38,463 nt of DNA from Nemertoderma westbladi (Eukaryota > Animalia > Xenacoelomorpha): positions 1 to 38,463 of the forward strand of contig JAUCBJ010003241.1 of the NCBI GenBank assembly GCA_032718475.1, given 5' to 3'. Each line of letters begins with the position of its first letter. The stretch's first letter is position 1. This document shows positions 24,398 to 35,286 of the stretch, one piece after another. The notes beneath the pieces are model-generated. The model searched no databases. It was given only the letters and a program-made list of their open reading frames with translations, and was not told where the DNA came from. A program made the position numbers and the translations under genes.

Positions 24398-26326
24398 TCA
24401 GTGTAGGCTAGAGTTAACACTTCCATGAGTATCAGAATGAGAAACACTGAGCCCAGGAAATGGCTCCAAATTCAACTTGAAATTAAGTTCTGACATCACA
24501 ATGTAATCACTTTCGAAATCAGTATCAATATCAGTGTCAATATCACATTGCTGAATAATTTGGTATGTGGGCTCCGACACATTACCACTGAATATATATG
24601 TGTCTCTAAATTCATCACACTTTGATGACGAATTTCTACCATTCGACCATGTGCACTGTGCATACACTCCCACTTCTTTATTATCGATGTCGAAGCCATC
24701 TCCACAATTTTCAACCTCATCCTCACTGAGAGTCAGTGGTGTGGCGACTCCACCATCATTACATCCACCAATTTGAACCTCAATAGATGCTGCTGAGTCA
24801 TTCATACTCATTGAGTCATCATTGTATGAAGCAGATGGAGCGAAAGACGGTTGACTCAATGGTTTTAATTGAACAGTCTGACTTGGAAAATCTAATGTAA
24901 CTCTATTCAAAGAATCATCACCCGACAATGGATTCTTATGTGTATCAACCACCACTTGTTCTTGAAGCTTGCTGACAAGTTTTTGTATATTTTGAACTTT
25001 CTTTTCTACCATAGCTGTTAGGGTGCCAGATCTCAGTACAACTGCTAATTCATTCTGCATCTCAGTAATGATTCCTATAGCTTCATTCAGCACTTTAATC
25101 TTTACATTATCATCTAGAATTGGAGTTATTTGGCTGACGGAAGAGGTTTGTGCTCGTTTTCTACCAGAAGCTTCAAAAATTGCTTCATACCATGAGTCAG
25201 TTTCCAATTCAATATCTTTTGATGGAATTCCCGAAGAGTGCTTTATACGAAAATAATAATCTTTGGATCGAGTCTTAATTAAAATTGAATTGTATTTAAT
25301 CCTGTAGAAGGAAACTGACTCATCAAGAGAAATTAAATTCAGAGCTGTATTACTTTCCTCCTCTCCTATTCTATAGTAAGCCAATTCTCCTTGGCGAATC
25401 CTAATCCAACGTGTAACCCAAGAAACAAACTTTCCAGAATTCTTCTTCTCCATGGTACCTTCTTTAATTATCAGCAAACTTTGTCCAATATTATCACTGG
25501 AATTAAGTTGAATTCCACTGGTTGGTATGTTCTTCTTTATTATCACATTCAACAGCCTGCATAATTTTTCTTTCTCATCCAGAGAGTTCGCATCTAGTTC
25601 AATGTCATATTTTCCTATGTATATGATACAACAGAGACCATGCTCACTTTGAAGGTTTCTTACTTGTGCAAAGTCAAACTTCTGGCTAACAACACCCTTT
25701 TCAATAAAACGTAGGACATTTTTACCAAAATCTAACTGAAGAACAAATGGATTCGATCGGTTACGTACGTATTTGTAAACAGCAAAATTTAGAATTTGTT
25801 TTTCAGTGAAAGCCGAAGCAACATCCTGTATGTCCGTCTGCTCACGTTCATCAGTCGCTTCTATTTGCTCAAATTTAGAGTATAATTGAGCATCTCCAAC
25901 TGATATTCTGTTTAAATTCTTCCTTTTGATGGCACCATGGCGCCCTGGCGCCCTTTTGATTACAATTGGCTGCTCTACAGCAGGGGCATCTTCATCCAAT
26001 TCTGATATATGTTGAGCTGATTTCAGAATAGGAGAATCACTACGTGTATTACCTCTAAATTTTCTTCTGAATAAGTTTAAAACTGAAACCATTTTCCCTT
26101 TATGACATTCTTCCATCAATCCTCCAATCATCGTCCTGTTCTTCATTGCGATCTTCCCATTCTGTGGGGATGACATTAGACTCTTGAATTTAGCCTCTTC
26201 CTTTGCCACTAACAAGGACTGGTCCTGTGTAATTTTTCCATCTCTCACCTGCCCCATCACCCGTAACTGCTGCTCATTTGATAGCAGAGGAACATCATGC
26301 TGCAAAGTTGATCTTCTTTTTTCCAT
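24398..26326 (-). CDS. PH-domain protein (PH-like domain + PH domain + coiled coil + acidic/Ser-rich tail), 642 aa
   Basis: Long ATG-initiated ORF with a clear PH signature (IIKEGTMEKK...W..RW..I..GELAYY...YYFR...DSWYEAI), an upstream PH-like block (NFAVYK...LQLDF...IEKG...IELDANS..EKEKLC.LL), and heptad-like helices after the PH domain. Confidence 0.8.
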   Translation of the reverse strand: MEKRRSTLQHDVPLLSNEQQLRVMGQVRDGKITQDQSLLVAKEEAKFKSLMSSPQNGKIAMKNRTMIGGLMEECHKGKMVSVLNLFRRKFRGNTRSDSPILKSAQHISELDEDAPAVEQPIVIKRAPGRHGAIKRKNLNRISVGDAQLYSKFEQIEATDEREQTDIQDVASAFTEKQILNFAVYKYVRNRSNPFVLQLDFGKNVLRFIEKGVVSQKFDFAQVRNLQSEHGLCCIIYIGKYDIELDANSLDEKEKLCRLLNVIIKKNIPTSGIQLNSSDNIGQSLLIIKEGTMEKKNSGKFVSWVTRWIRIRQGELAYYRIGEEESNTALNLISLDESVSFYRIKYNSILIKTRSKDYYFRIKHSSGIPSKDIELETDSWYEAIFEASGRKRAQTSSVSQITPILDDNVKIKVLNEAIGIITEMQNELAVVLRSGTLTAMVEKKVQNIQKLVSKLQEQVVVDTHKNPLSGDDSLNRVTLDFPSQTVQLKPLSQPSFAPSASYNDDSMSMNDSAASIEVQIGGCNDGGVATPLTLSEDEVENCGDGFDIDNKEVGVYAQCTWSNGRNSSSKCDEFRDTYIFSGNVSEPTYQIIQQCDIDTDIDTDFESDYIVMSELNFKLNLEPFPGLSVSHSDTHGSVNSSLH

Positions 26327-27201
26327 AAAGTTGTTTGTATATTATCAAATCCAAATATTAGGTGCCTTACTAAACGAATTTGCCTCCTCATAAAAACCAA
26401 CTTACACGAATACTAAATAAATTAATTAACAAATGGAAAACAACAAAAAATATGTAAATGTAACATTCCAGTTACTCAGAAACAAAGCATGGACGATGGA
26501 TGTGGAAGGTTTTTGGGGAAACATGCATTAGGCAAGCAATAGGGAACTCAAATGTTCTATATGTTGGAGATTTTCCGACATAGTGGTGTGTTCCTGTCTG
26601 TAAATAATAATATTTCTCCATGGCTAACGAGTAGTGCCGCACTAGAAGCTGGTTGGCCATTAGGGCTGTTCCAAGGGGCTAGTTACTGTACATTACTCAT
26701 TTATCTTAATTTCATTAATCATTCTTCCTCACTTTGACTTTGGGATTGCTCTCTAGTGACAATTCCCGCATTGGCCTCTTATGAATACCTTCAGCTGAGG
26801 TGCGAATCCTACCGGCCAGTTGAGTATAGGAGTCTGGGGAGTATAATTCTGGGGGACCCACTGGAAATAAGTAAGTAGTCAGACTTTATGTGTATTCAGT
26901 GGCCTAATAGCAAAAAAACATTACCCTTCTCTCTCCCAGTGATATGAGAGGAGGGAAGTCAATTTTTTAAAGTATAATATTACATATTATACATGAAACA
27001 CACAGAGCTTTTTATCCCATGAAGTATAACAATCCTCCTTCGCTAAACAAATTATTCATCCCAGCGGGTAAAAAGCACCATTTGTTTTCCATCTAATAGT
27101 ATTTAGGTTTTGTCTCATAATTTAATATTTCTGGCGTAAGTTCTTAATCTATACGAAAAAGTTATTCTCAGAATAATTTTCTACCAAATCACTAAGTGTA
27201 A

Positions 27202-27286
27202 AAATATAATTAAATTATGATTTATTGCAATTTAATTGGTTAAAATTTAACCAATTAAATCAATAAATCATAATTTAATTATATTT
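27202..27286. repeat. Near-perfect AT-rich palindrome (~85 bp)
   Basis: aaatataattaaattatgatttattg(ca)atttaattggttaaa-a-tttaaccaattaaatcaataaatcataatttaattatattt: 1-nt centre and a single 2-nt bulge. Confidence 0.9.
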
Positions 27287-28815
27287 GTAAGATAAATTAC
27301 ATTTAATGTAGCACGAAGTGGGGTCTTCGCGCTTATCTGAGATAAATGTCAACTATCACAAAGGGTTACATACAAAAAATTTATAAAGTTTTACCTTCAT
27401 AAATTGCGTCAAGAGCGGCAGACTGGCAAACTGCATGCTTATGGATCATACCCTTACAAGGACTCAGCTTAAAGCTCTAGTAAATACCGGTAAAGTATAA
27501 GCTGGAAAGGGTTAGAAATAATGAATTTGGAAAATCTGTAGTTAGTCTTCGACGAAGTTGTAGATATGTGCCAAGTTAAGTCTGAAAGGATAATAACATT
27601 GAATTGGTATGACTTCACTTTCAGATATTTGGCTCTTTAGTGGCAGACAGTGAGATAAACCTGTAAATTGGTCGACATAATACAGTACGACTGAGTAAGT
27701 CTGCCTGTATGTTAACTTTCTAAATATCAGTCCTACATCACATGAATTAACTGACTGACCCACCGACCCACCGACAGACACACGGTTATCATGTATAATA
27801 ATAATATCGTAAATTTCATGTATCGCTCCACAAAATAGTTTTTATGTAATTGTTTTCAACGTACGTATAGAATATGGCGCGAATATTTGAGGCTCTCTAC
27901 TTTGATTTGGCACAGCTCTGATGCGAATACTCAGGTAATATCGCACGTTAATTTAAATTCGCAATTATCACCTTATTAATCACAATGTATCATCTTGCGA
28001 CATGATAATCTATCCCTTTAATCAAAAACTGTATCACTCTAGTAAACAATCTGCGGTTTCATTTACAAATATGGTGCGAGATACATGTCTGCCTGACTGG
28101 ATAAATGTTTGAAGGCTAATAACGCTGTCAAAATAACGCTGACCAAACTTCTAAGTTCTAGTATACTCTGTAACCAGTAAAGCAAACAGTCCATCGAAGT
28201 TGGAGGCGATCCGAAGGCTCCTCTTTCGATAGCAGCTACCCGAGGGTGGAGTGGAGGAGGAGAGGGGGAGGGGGGGGATACACCTATTTGCTACCCGAGG
28301 ATAGGGGTGGGCACTACACTGCTATCCCAAGTTTTGCTCCCAGTAATTCAACTCCAACTGAGCTAGCGTGCCTCTTTGATAAAGAGAGATGGGGTCGCTG
28401 AGACTGTAATAAAGTGTGAAATAAAATCGAGTGGGGAACCTAGCATTTCTCCTGTCTGCCGTTAGAGGGCGAAATGTCTGAAAGTGAAAATCTTTTCACA
28501 TTTCGTTGTTTTCAATCAGTTAAAACTGAAACTTGACAGATATGTACCAGGTGATAAGCTGTATGATTGTGATCATGCTGAGTCGTCTGAAATTCTTCAA
28601 ACACCAGATTGACTCGTCTACGGTTACCATGTCTGCCACTATAGGGTAAAAAATTACTGAGCCGAATCGGTGTAGATTGAAGGAGGCTGCATTGTGTGTG
28701 ATAAAGCGCTTAGTGAATATGAATAATTGATTCCAAGCTGGGCAAAATATGGGATTATATAATATTGTTGATGTGTTGTGGTGTAGTGTCTTTCCTTTTA
28801 CTAGCACCCTTATTG

Positions 28816-28895
28816 GTAGTGCACTGTCCTAATGGATACAACACCAGATCTGTATTCAAAATTTAGTATTTGGCGGCGCAGGTTCAAATCCGAGG
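28816..28895 (+). pseudogene. tRNA-derived sequence (SINE head or tRNA pseudogene)
   Basis: A-box-like TGTCCTAATGG (28825-28835) and B-box GGTTCAAATCC (28881-28891) preceded by GCGCA as in Ser/Leu tRNAs. No convincing cloverleaf. Confidence 0.45.
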
Positions 28896-29847
28896 AAAGA
28901 CTCTATCAATTTCGCACTGCCGTGTACACTTTATTGCAAGTCACAATATACTTTATACTTTATAGCTCACACAATCCTGACGGTACAATGGGAACCTGAC
29001 TTCTGTTGAGGAGGGGGGGGGGGGGGGGGGGGGTTAAGGAGAGGGTTGCATAGTTATTGAGTATGCATGAACCCTTGGGAGTTAATGTGACGTCCTCCCA
29101 TCCTTACAGGTAACAGCCAAGAGACCAAGTGCTGTGTGAGGGCCACTTCTGCTATTTTAAACACATCAAAACAATACAAGCCAATACTAACTAGATACAA
29201 GCAAAATCAACACAGTTGAAATTAATGAAACACAACCCAAACATTGTTAATACAACACAAACACAAACTAACCGATTTGGGAAACTAGATATGTATTATA
29301 TTGGGTTTAACCGAACCCGTATCTATTTTATTGTGATGTGCGATGGATGGTACATACACAAACAGGACATAGAAAGTGAAACTTTGTAACATAAACAGAA
29401 TGTTGCGCAAACGAGAGCTTATGCAAACAGGATGATCACACAGACATGACGTTAGACAAACACATTTAAATTTGGCCTAACGTGTTGATGGCGTACAGTC
29501 CTATTTTCTTAATGTCTCAACCACACCCACCCACCCTACAAACAACGCAGCCTTATAGCCAGCCTACCATACTCATTTAAACCACATACGTAATATACAT
29601 AATATTCGTAGATAACAAACAACCCTATCATATTCTTTCATTAAGTCATACCGTTAATTTCACTAATATTCAAGATTAAATGCGAATAGAAATACCGGAG
29701 GTGTGGGAATTTCAACGTTAAACAACTACAAACGCGAGAGGGGCCTTAGTGCAGCAGAACTGCAAGCTATTTCATCGAACAAATATAATTATACTTTGGA
29801 GCTACTGATTGGCTGGTTATATATATATTCTGATATTGAGCTGAGAC

Positions 29848-32800
29848 GGTAGCTGAGTCAGCGTCCTAGATGGGGTAGTAGCTGAGTCAGCGACCTATGG
29901 GGTAGTAGCCGAGTCATCGACCTATGGGGTAGTAGCTGAGTCAGCGACCTATGTGGTAGTAGCTGAATCAGCGACCTATGGGGTAGTAGCTGAGTCAGCG
30001 ACCTATGTGGTAGTAGCTGAGTCAGCGTCCTAGATGGGGTAGTAGCTGAGTCATGAGTCAGCGACCTATGTGGTAGTAGCTGAGTCAGCGACCTATGTGG
30101 TAGTAGCTGAGTCAGCGACCTATGTGGTAGTAGCTGAGTCAGCGACCTATGGGGTAGTAGCTGAGTCAACGACCTATGTGGTAGTAGCTGAGTCAGCGAC
30201 CTATGTGGTAGTAGCTGAGTCAGCGACCTATGTGGTAGTAGCTGAGTCAGCGACCTATGTGGTAGTAGCTGAGTCAGCGACCTATGCGGTAGTAGCTGAG
30301 TCAGCGACCTATGCGGTAGTAGCTGAGTCAGCGTCCTAGATGGGGCAGTAGGTGAGTCAGCGACCTATGTGGTAGTAGCTGAGTCAGCGACCTATGTGGT
30401 AGTAGCTGAGTCAACGACCTATGTGGTAGTAGCTGAGTCAGCGTCCTAGATGGGGTAGTAGCTGAGTCAGCGACCTATGTGGTAGTAGCTGAGTCAGCGA
30501 CCTATGTGGTAGTACTTGAGTCAGCGACCTATGTGGTAGTAGCTGAGTCAGCGACCTATGTGGTAGTAGCCGAGTCAGCGACCTATGGGGTAGTAGCCGA
30601 GTCATCGACCTATGGGGTAGTAGCTGAGTCAGCGACCTATGTGGTAGTAGCTGAGTCAGCGACCTATGTGGTAGTAGCTGAATCAGCGACCTATGTGGTA
30701 GTAGCTGAGTCAGCGACCTATGGGGTAGTAGCTGAGTCAGCGACCTATGTGGTAGTAGCTGAGTCAGCGTCCTAGATGGGGTAGTAGCTGAGTCATGAGT
30801 CAGCGACCTATGTGGTAGTAGCTGAGTCAGCGACCTATGTGGTAGTAGCTGAGTCAGCGACCTATGTGGTAGTAGCTGAGTCAGCGACCTATGTGGTAGT
30901 AGCTGAGTCAGCGACCTATGGGGTAGTAGCTGAGTCAGCGACCTATGCGGTAGTAGCTGAGTCAGCGTCCTAGATGGGGTAGTAGCTGAGTCGGCGACCT
31001 ATGTGGTAGTAGCTGAGTCAGCGACCTATGTGGTAGTAACTGAGTCAGCGTCCTAGATGGGGTAGTAGCTGAGTCAGCGACCTATGTGGTAGTAGCTGAG
31101 TCAGCGTCCTAGATGGGGTAGTAGCTGAGTCAGCGACCTATGTGGTAGTAGCTGAGTCAGCGTCCTAGATGGGGTAGTAGCTGAGTCAGCGACCTATGTG
31201 GTAGTAGCTGAATCAGCGACCTATGTGGTAGTAGCTGAGTCAGCGACCTATGCGGTAGTAGCTGAGTCAGCGTCCTAGATGGGGTAGTAGCTGAGACAGC
31301 GACCTATGTGGTAGTAGCTGAGTCAGCGACCTATGGGGTAGTAGCTGAGTCAACGACCTATGTGGTAGTAGCTGAGTCAGCGACCTATGTGGTAGTAGCT
31401 GAGTCAGCGACCTATGTGGTAGTAGCTGAGTCAGCGACCTATGTGGTAGTAGCTGAGTCAGCGACCTATGCGGTAGTAGCTGAGTCAGCGACCTATGCGG
31501 TAGTAGCTGAGTCAGCGTCCTAGATGGGGCAGTAGGTGAGTCAGCGACCTATGTGGTAGTAGCTGAGTCAGCGACCTATGTGGTAGTAGCTGAGTCAACG
31601 ACCTATGTGGTAGTAGCTGAGTCAGCGTCCTAGATGGGGTAGTAGCTGAGTCAGCGACCTATGTGGTAGTAGCTGAGTCAGCGACCTATGTGGTAGTACT
31701 TGAGTCAGCGACCTATGTGGTAGTAGCTGAGTCAGCGACCTATGTGGTAGTAGCCGAGTCAGCGACCTATGGGGTAGTAGCCGAGTCATCGACCTATGGG
31801 GTAGTAGCTGAGTCAGCGACCTATGTGGTAGTAGCTGAGTCAGCGACCTATGTGGTAGTAGCTGAATCAGCGACCTATGTGGTAGTAGCTGAGTCAGCGA
31901 CCTATGGGGTAGTAGCTGAGTCAGCGACCTATGTGGTAGTAGCTGAGTCAGCGTCCTAGATGGGGTAGTAGCTGAGTCATGAGTCAGCGACCTATGTGGT
32001 AGTAGCTGAGTCAGCGACCTATGTGGTAGTAGCTGAGTCAGCGACCTATGTGGTAGTAGCTGAGTCAGCGACCTATGTGGTAGTAGCTGAGTCAGCGACC
32101 TATGGGGTAGTAGCTGAGTCAGCGACCTATGCGGTAGTAGCTGAGTCAGCGTCCTAGATGGGGTAGTAGCTGAGTCGGCGACCTATGTGGTAGTAGCTGA
32201 GTCAGCGACCTATGTGGTAGTAACTGAGTCAGCGTCCTAGATGGGGTAGTAGCTGAGTCAGCGACCTATGTGGTAGTAGCTGAGTCAGCGTCCTAGATGG
32301 GGTAGTAGCTGAGTCAGCGACCTATGTGGTAGTAGCTGAGTCAGCGTCCTAGATGGGGTAGTAGCTGAGTCAGCGACCTATGTGGTAGTAGCTGAATCAG
32401 CGACCTATGTGGTAGTAGCTGAGTCAGCGACCTATGCGGTAGTAGCTGAGTCAGCGCCCTAGATGGGGTAGTAGCTGAGACAGCGACCTATGTGGTAGTA
32501 GCTGAGTCAGCGACCTATGTGGTAGTAGCTGAGTCAGCGACCTATGGGGTAGTAGCTGAGTCAGCGACCTATGCGGTAGTAGCTGAGTCAGCGTCCTAGA
32601 TGGGGTAGTAGCTGAGTCTGCGACCTATGTGGTAGTAGCTGAGTCAGCGACCTATGCGGTAGTAGCTGAGTCAACGACCTATGTGGTAGTAGCTGAGTCA
32701 GCGACCTATGTGGTAGTAGCTGAGTCAGCGACCTATGGGGTAGTAGCTGAGTCAGCGACCTATGTGGTAGTAGCTGAGTCAGCGACCTATGTGGTAGTAG

Positions 32801-34454
32801 CTGAGTCAGCGACCTATGGGGTAGTAGCTGAGTCAGCGACCTATGCGGTAGTAGCTGAGTCAGCGACCTATGTGGTAGTAGCTGAGTCAGCGACCTATGC
32901 GGTAGTAGCTGAGTCAGCGACCTATGTGGTAGTAGCTGAGTCAGCGACCTATGTGGTAGTAGCTGAGTCAGCGACCTATGCGGTAGTAGCTGAGTCAGCG
33001 ACCTATGCGGTAGTAGCTGAGTCAGCGTCCTAGATGGGGTAGTAGCTGAGTCAGCGACCTATGTGGTAGTAGCTGAGTCAGCGACCTATGTGGTAGTAGC
33101 TGAGTCAGCGACCTATGTGGTAGTAGCTGAGTCAGCGACCTATGTGGTAGTAGCTGAGTCAGCGACCTATGTGGTAGTAGCTGAGTCAGCGACCTATGCG
33201 GTAGTAGCTGAGTCAGCGACCTATGGGGTAGTAGCTGAGTCAGCGACCTATGTGGTAGTAGCTGAGTCAGCGACCTATGTGGTAGTAGCTGAGTCAACGA
33301 CCTATGTGGTAGTAGCTGAGTCAGCGACCTATGGGGTAGTAGCTGAGTCAACGACCTATGTGGTAGTAGCTGAGTCAGCGACCTATGTGGTAGTAGCTGA
33401 GTCAGCGACCTATGTGGTAGTAGCTGAGTCAGCGACCTATGGGGTAGTAGCTGAGTCAACGACCTATGTGGTAGTAGCTGAGTCAGCGACCTATGTGGTA
33501 GTAGCTGAGTCAGAGACCTATGGGGTAGTAGCTGAGTCAACGACCTATGTGGTAGTAGCTGAGTCAGCGACCTATGTGGTAGTAGCTGAGTCAGAGACCT
33601 ATGGGGTAGTAGCTGAGTCAACGACCTATGTGGTAGTAGCTGAGTCAGCGACCTATGTGGTGGTAGCTGAGTCAGCGACCTATGGGGTAGTAGCTGAGTC
33701 AGCGACCTATGGGGTAGTAGCTGAGTCAACGACCTATGTGGTAGTAGCTCAGTCAGCGACCTATGTGGTAGTAGCTGAGTCAACGACCTATGTGGTAGTA
33801 GCTGAGTCAACGACCTATGTGGTAGTAGCTGAGTCAGCGACCTATGTGGTAGTAGCTGAATCAGCGACCTATGTGGTAGTAGCTGAGTCAACGACCTATG
33901 TGGTAGTAGCTGAGTCAGCGACCTATGTGGTAGTAGCTGAGTCAACGACCTATGTGGTAGTAGCTGAGTCAACGACCTATGTGGTAGTAGCTGAGTCAAC
34001 GACCTATGTGGTAGTAGCTGAGTCAGCGACCTATGTGGTAGTAGCTGTGTCAGCGACCTATGTGGTAGTAGCTGAGTCAGCGACCTATGTGGTAGTAGCT
34101 GAGTCAGCGACCTATGTGGTAGTAGCTGAGTCAGCGACCTATGTGGTAGTAGCTGAGTCAGCGACCTATGTGGTAGTAGCTGAGTCAGCGACCTATGGGG
34201 TAGTAGCTGAGTCAACGTCCTAGATGGGGTAGTAGCTGAGTCATGAGTCAGCGACCTATGTGGTAGTAGCTGAGTCAGCGACCTATGTGGTAGTACCTGA
34301 GTCAGCGACCTATGTGGTAGTAGCTGAGTCAGCGACCTATGTGGTAGTAGCTGAGTCAGCGACCTATGTGGTAGTAGCTGAGTCAACGACCTATGTGGTA
34401 GTAGCTGAGTCAACGACCTATGTGGTAGTAGCTGAGTCAGCGACCTATGTGGTA
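29848..34454. repeat. 27-bp satellite array (~170 units) with 29-bp variant units and a 1184-bp higher-order duplication
   Basis: Unit gtagtagctgagtcagcgacctatgtg, variant ...gcgtcctagatggg. Rare variants recur at an offset of 1184 nt (30346/31530, 30991/32175, 31296/32480). Confidence 0.98.
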
Positions 34455-35286
34455 TTCAATGCACAACGGTGTCCTAGCACAAAGTAAACCTGAACCAGCC
34501 AATGAATGCAGCCCATTTCAAATTTAATTTTTTAAAAATCTTTGAGGTTGGCAGTTGGAATGATTTTGAGAACGTCTAGTTTGTTATGGTTGAATTAGTA
34601 TGACATTTGCTCGAAATATAGTAAATTCCAGAGAGTTATGAACATATTGGCCTATTGGCTTTTTAGATTTTAGACTATACCTATGACGCGAGGTTGGTCT
34701 AGCGTGCACAGAATTTATAAAATTTGTAACTCGAATAAGTGGGATTCTTCCCAGATGGAAAGCAACATTTTTCGAAAAAGAATAAAATTTATCAACAATA
34801 TATTTTTGTAGTTTTGTAGTTAGACAGATAGGCCATTATTATTATTTTTATTATTATTAACACCTCATATATTATACAATTATTAATAGAGGGAGAAAAT
34901 CACCAAGGTTAAAAATTAACACTAATAGGTGAAAGACAACACTAAATATCCTACAACTTAATATTAATCCATGTACAATACCGACAACTAACAATATTGC
35001 ATGAATAGTCTCAGTCTAAAAAAAATATACAGTAAAACATTAGTGTGACATAAAAACATATATCAGTACATTAAGAAATGAATTTGACATAATAAAATTA
35101 GCCTACAGTAAGAAAATTTGATTTCCAACGTCTATGCAGTCCAGTAAAATATATCTAGTAAGACAACATACATTAAAATCGACTTGGCAGTCCAGTAAAA
35201 CGTGTCCAGTCTAAAAAATAAAATACATATATACAGTATAAAAATACAGGGTAATTCAATAGCGTCTAAAAATATTGAAATAAAAA

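Noticed and set aside
28816-28895. Functional tRNA gene
   Set aside because: Acceptor and anticodon stems cannot be formed; kept only as a tRNA-derived relic.
29858-34487. Long repeat ORFs (LTQLLPHRS / VVAESATYV)
   Set aside because: By-products of a stop-free 27-bp unit, broken by 29-bp variants and mostly lacking ATG starts.
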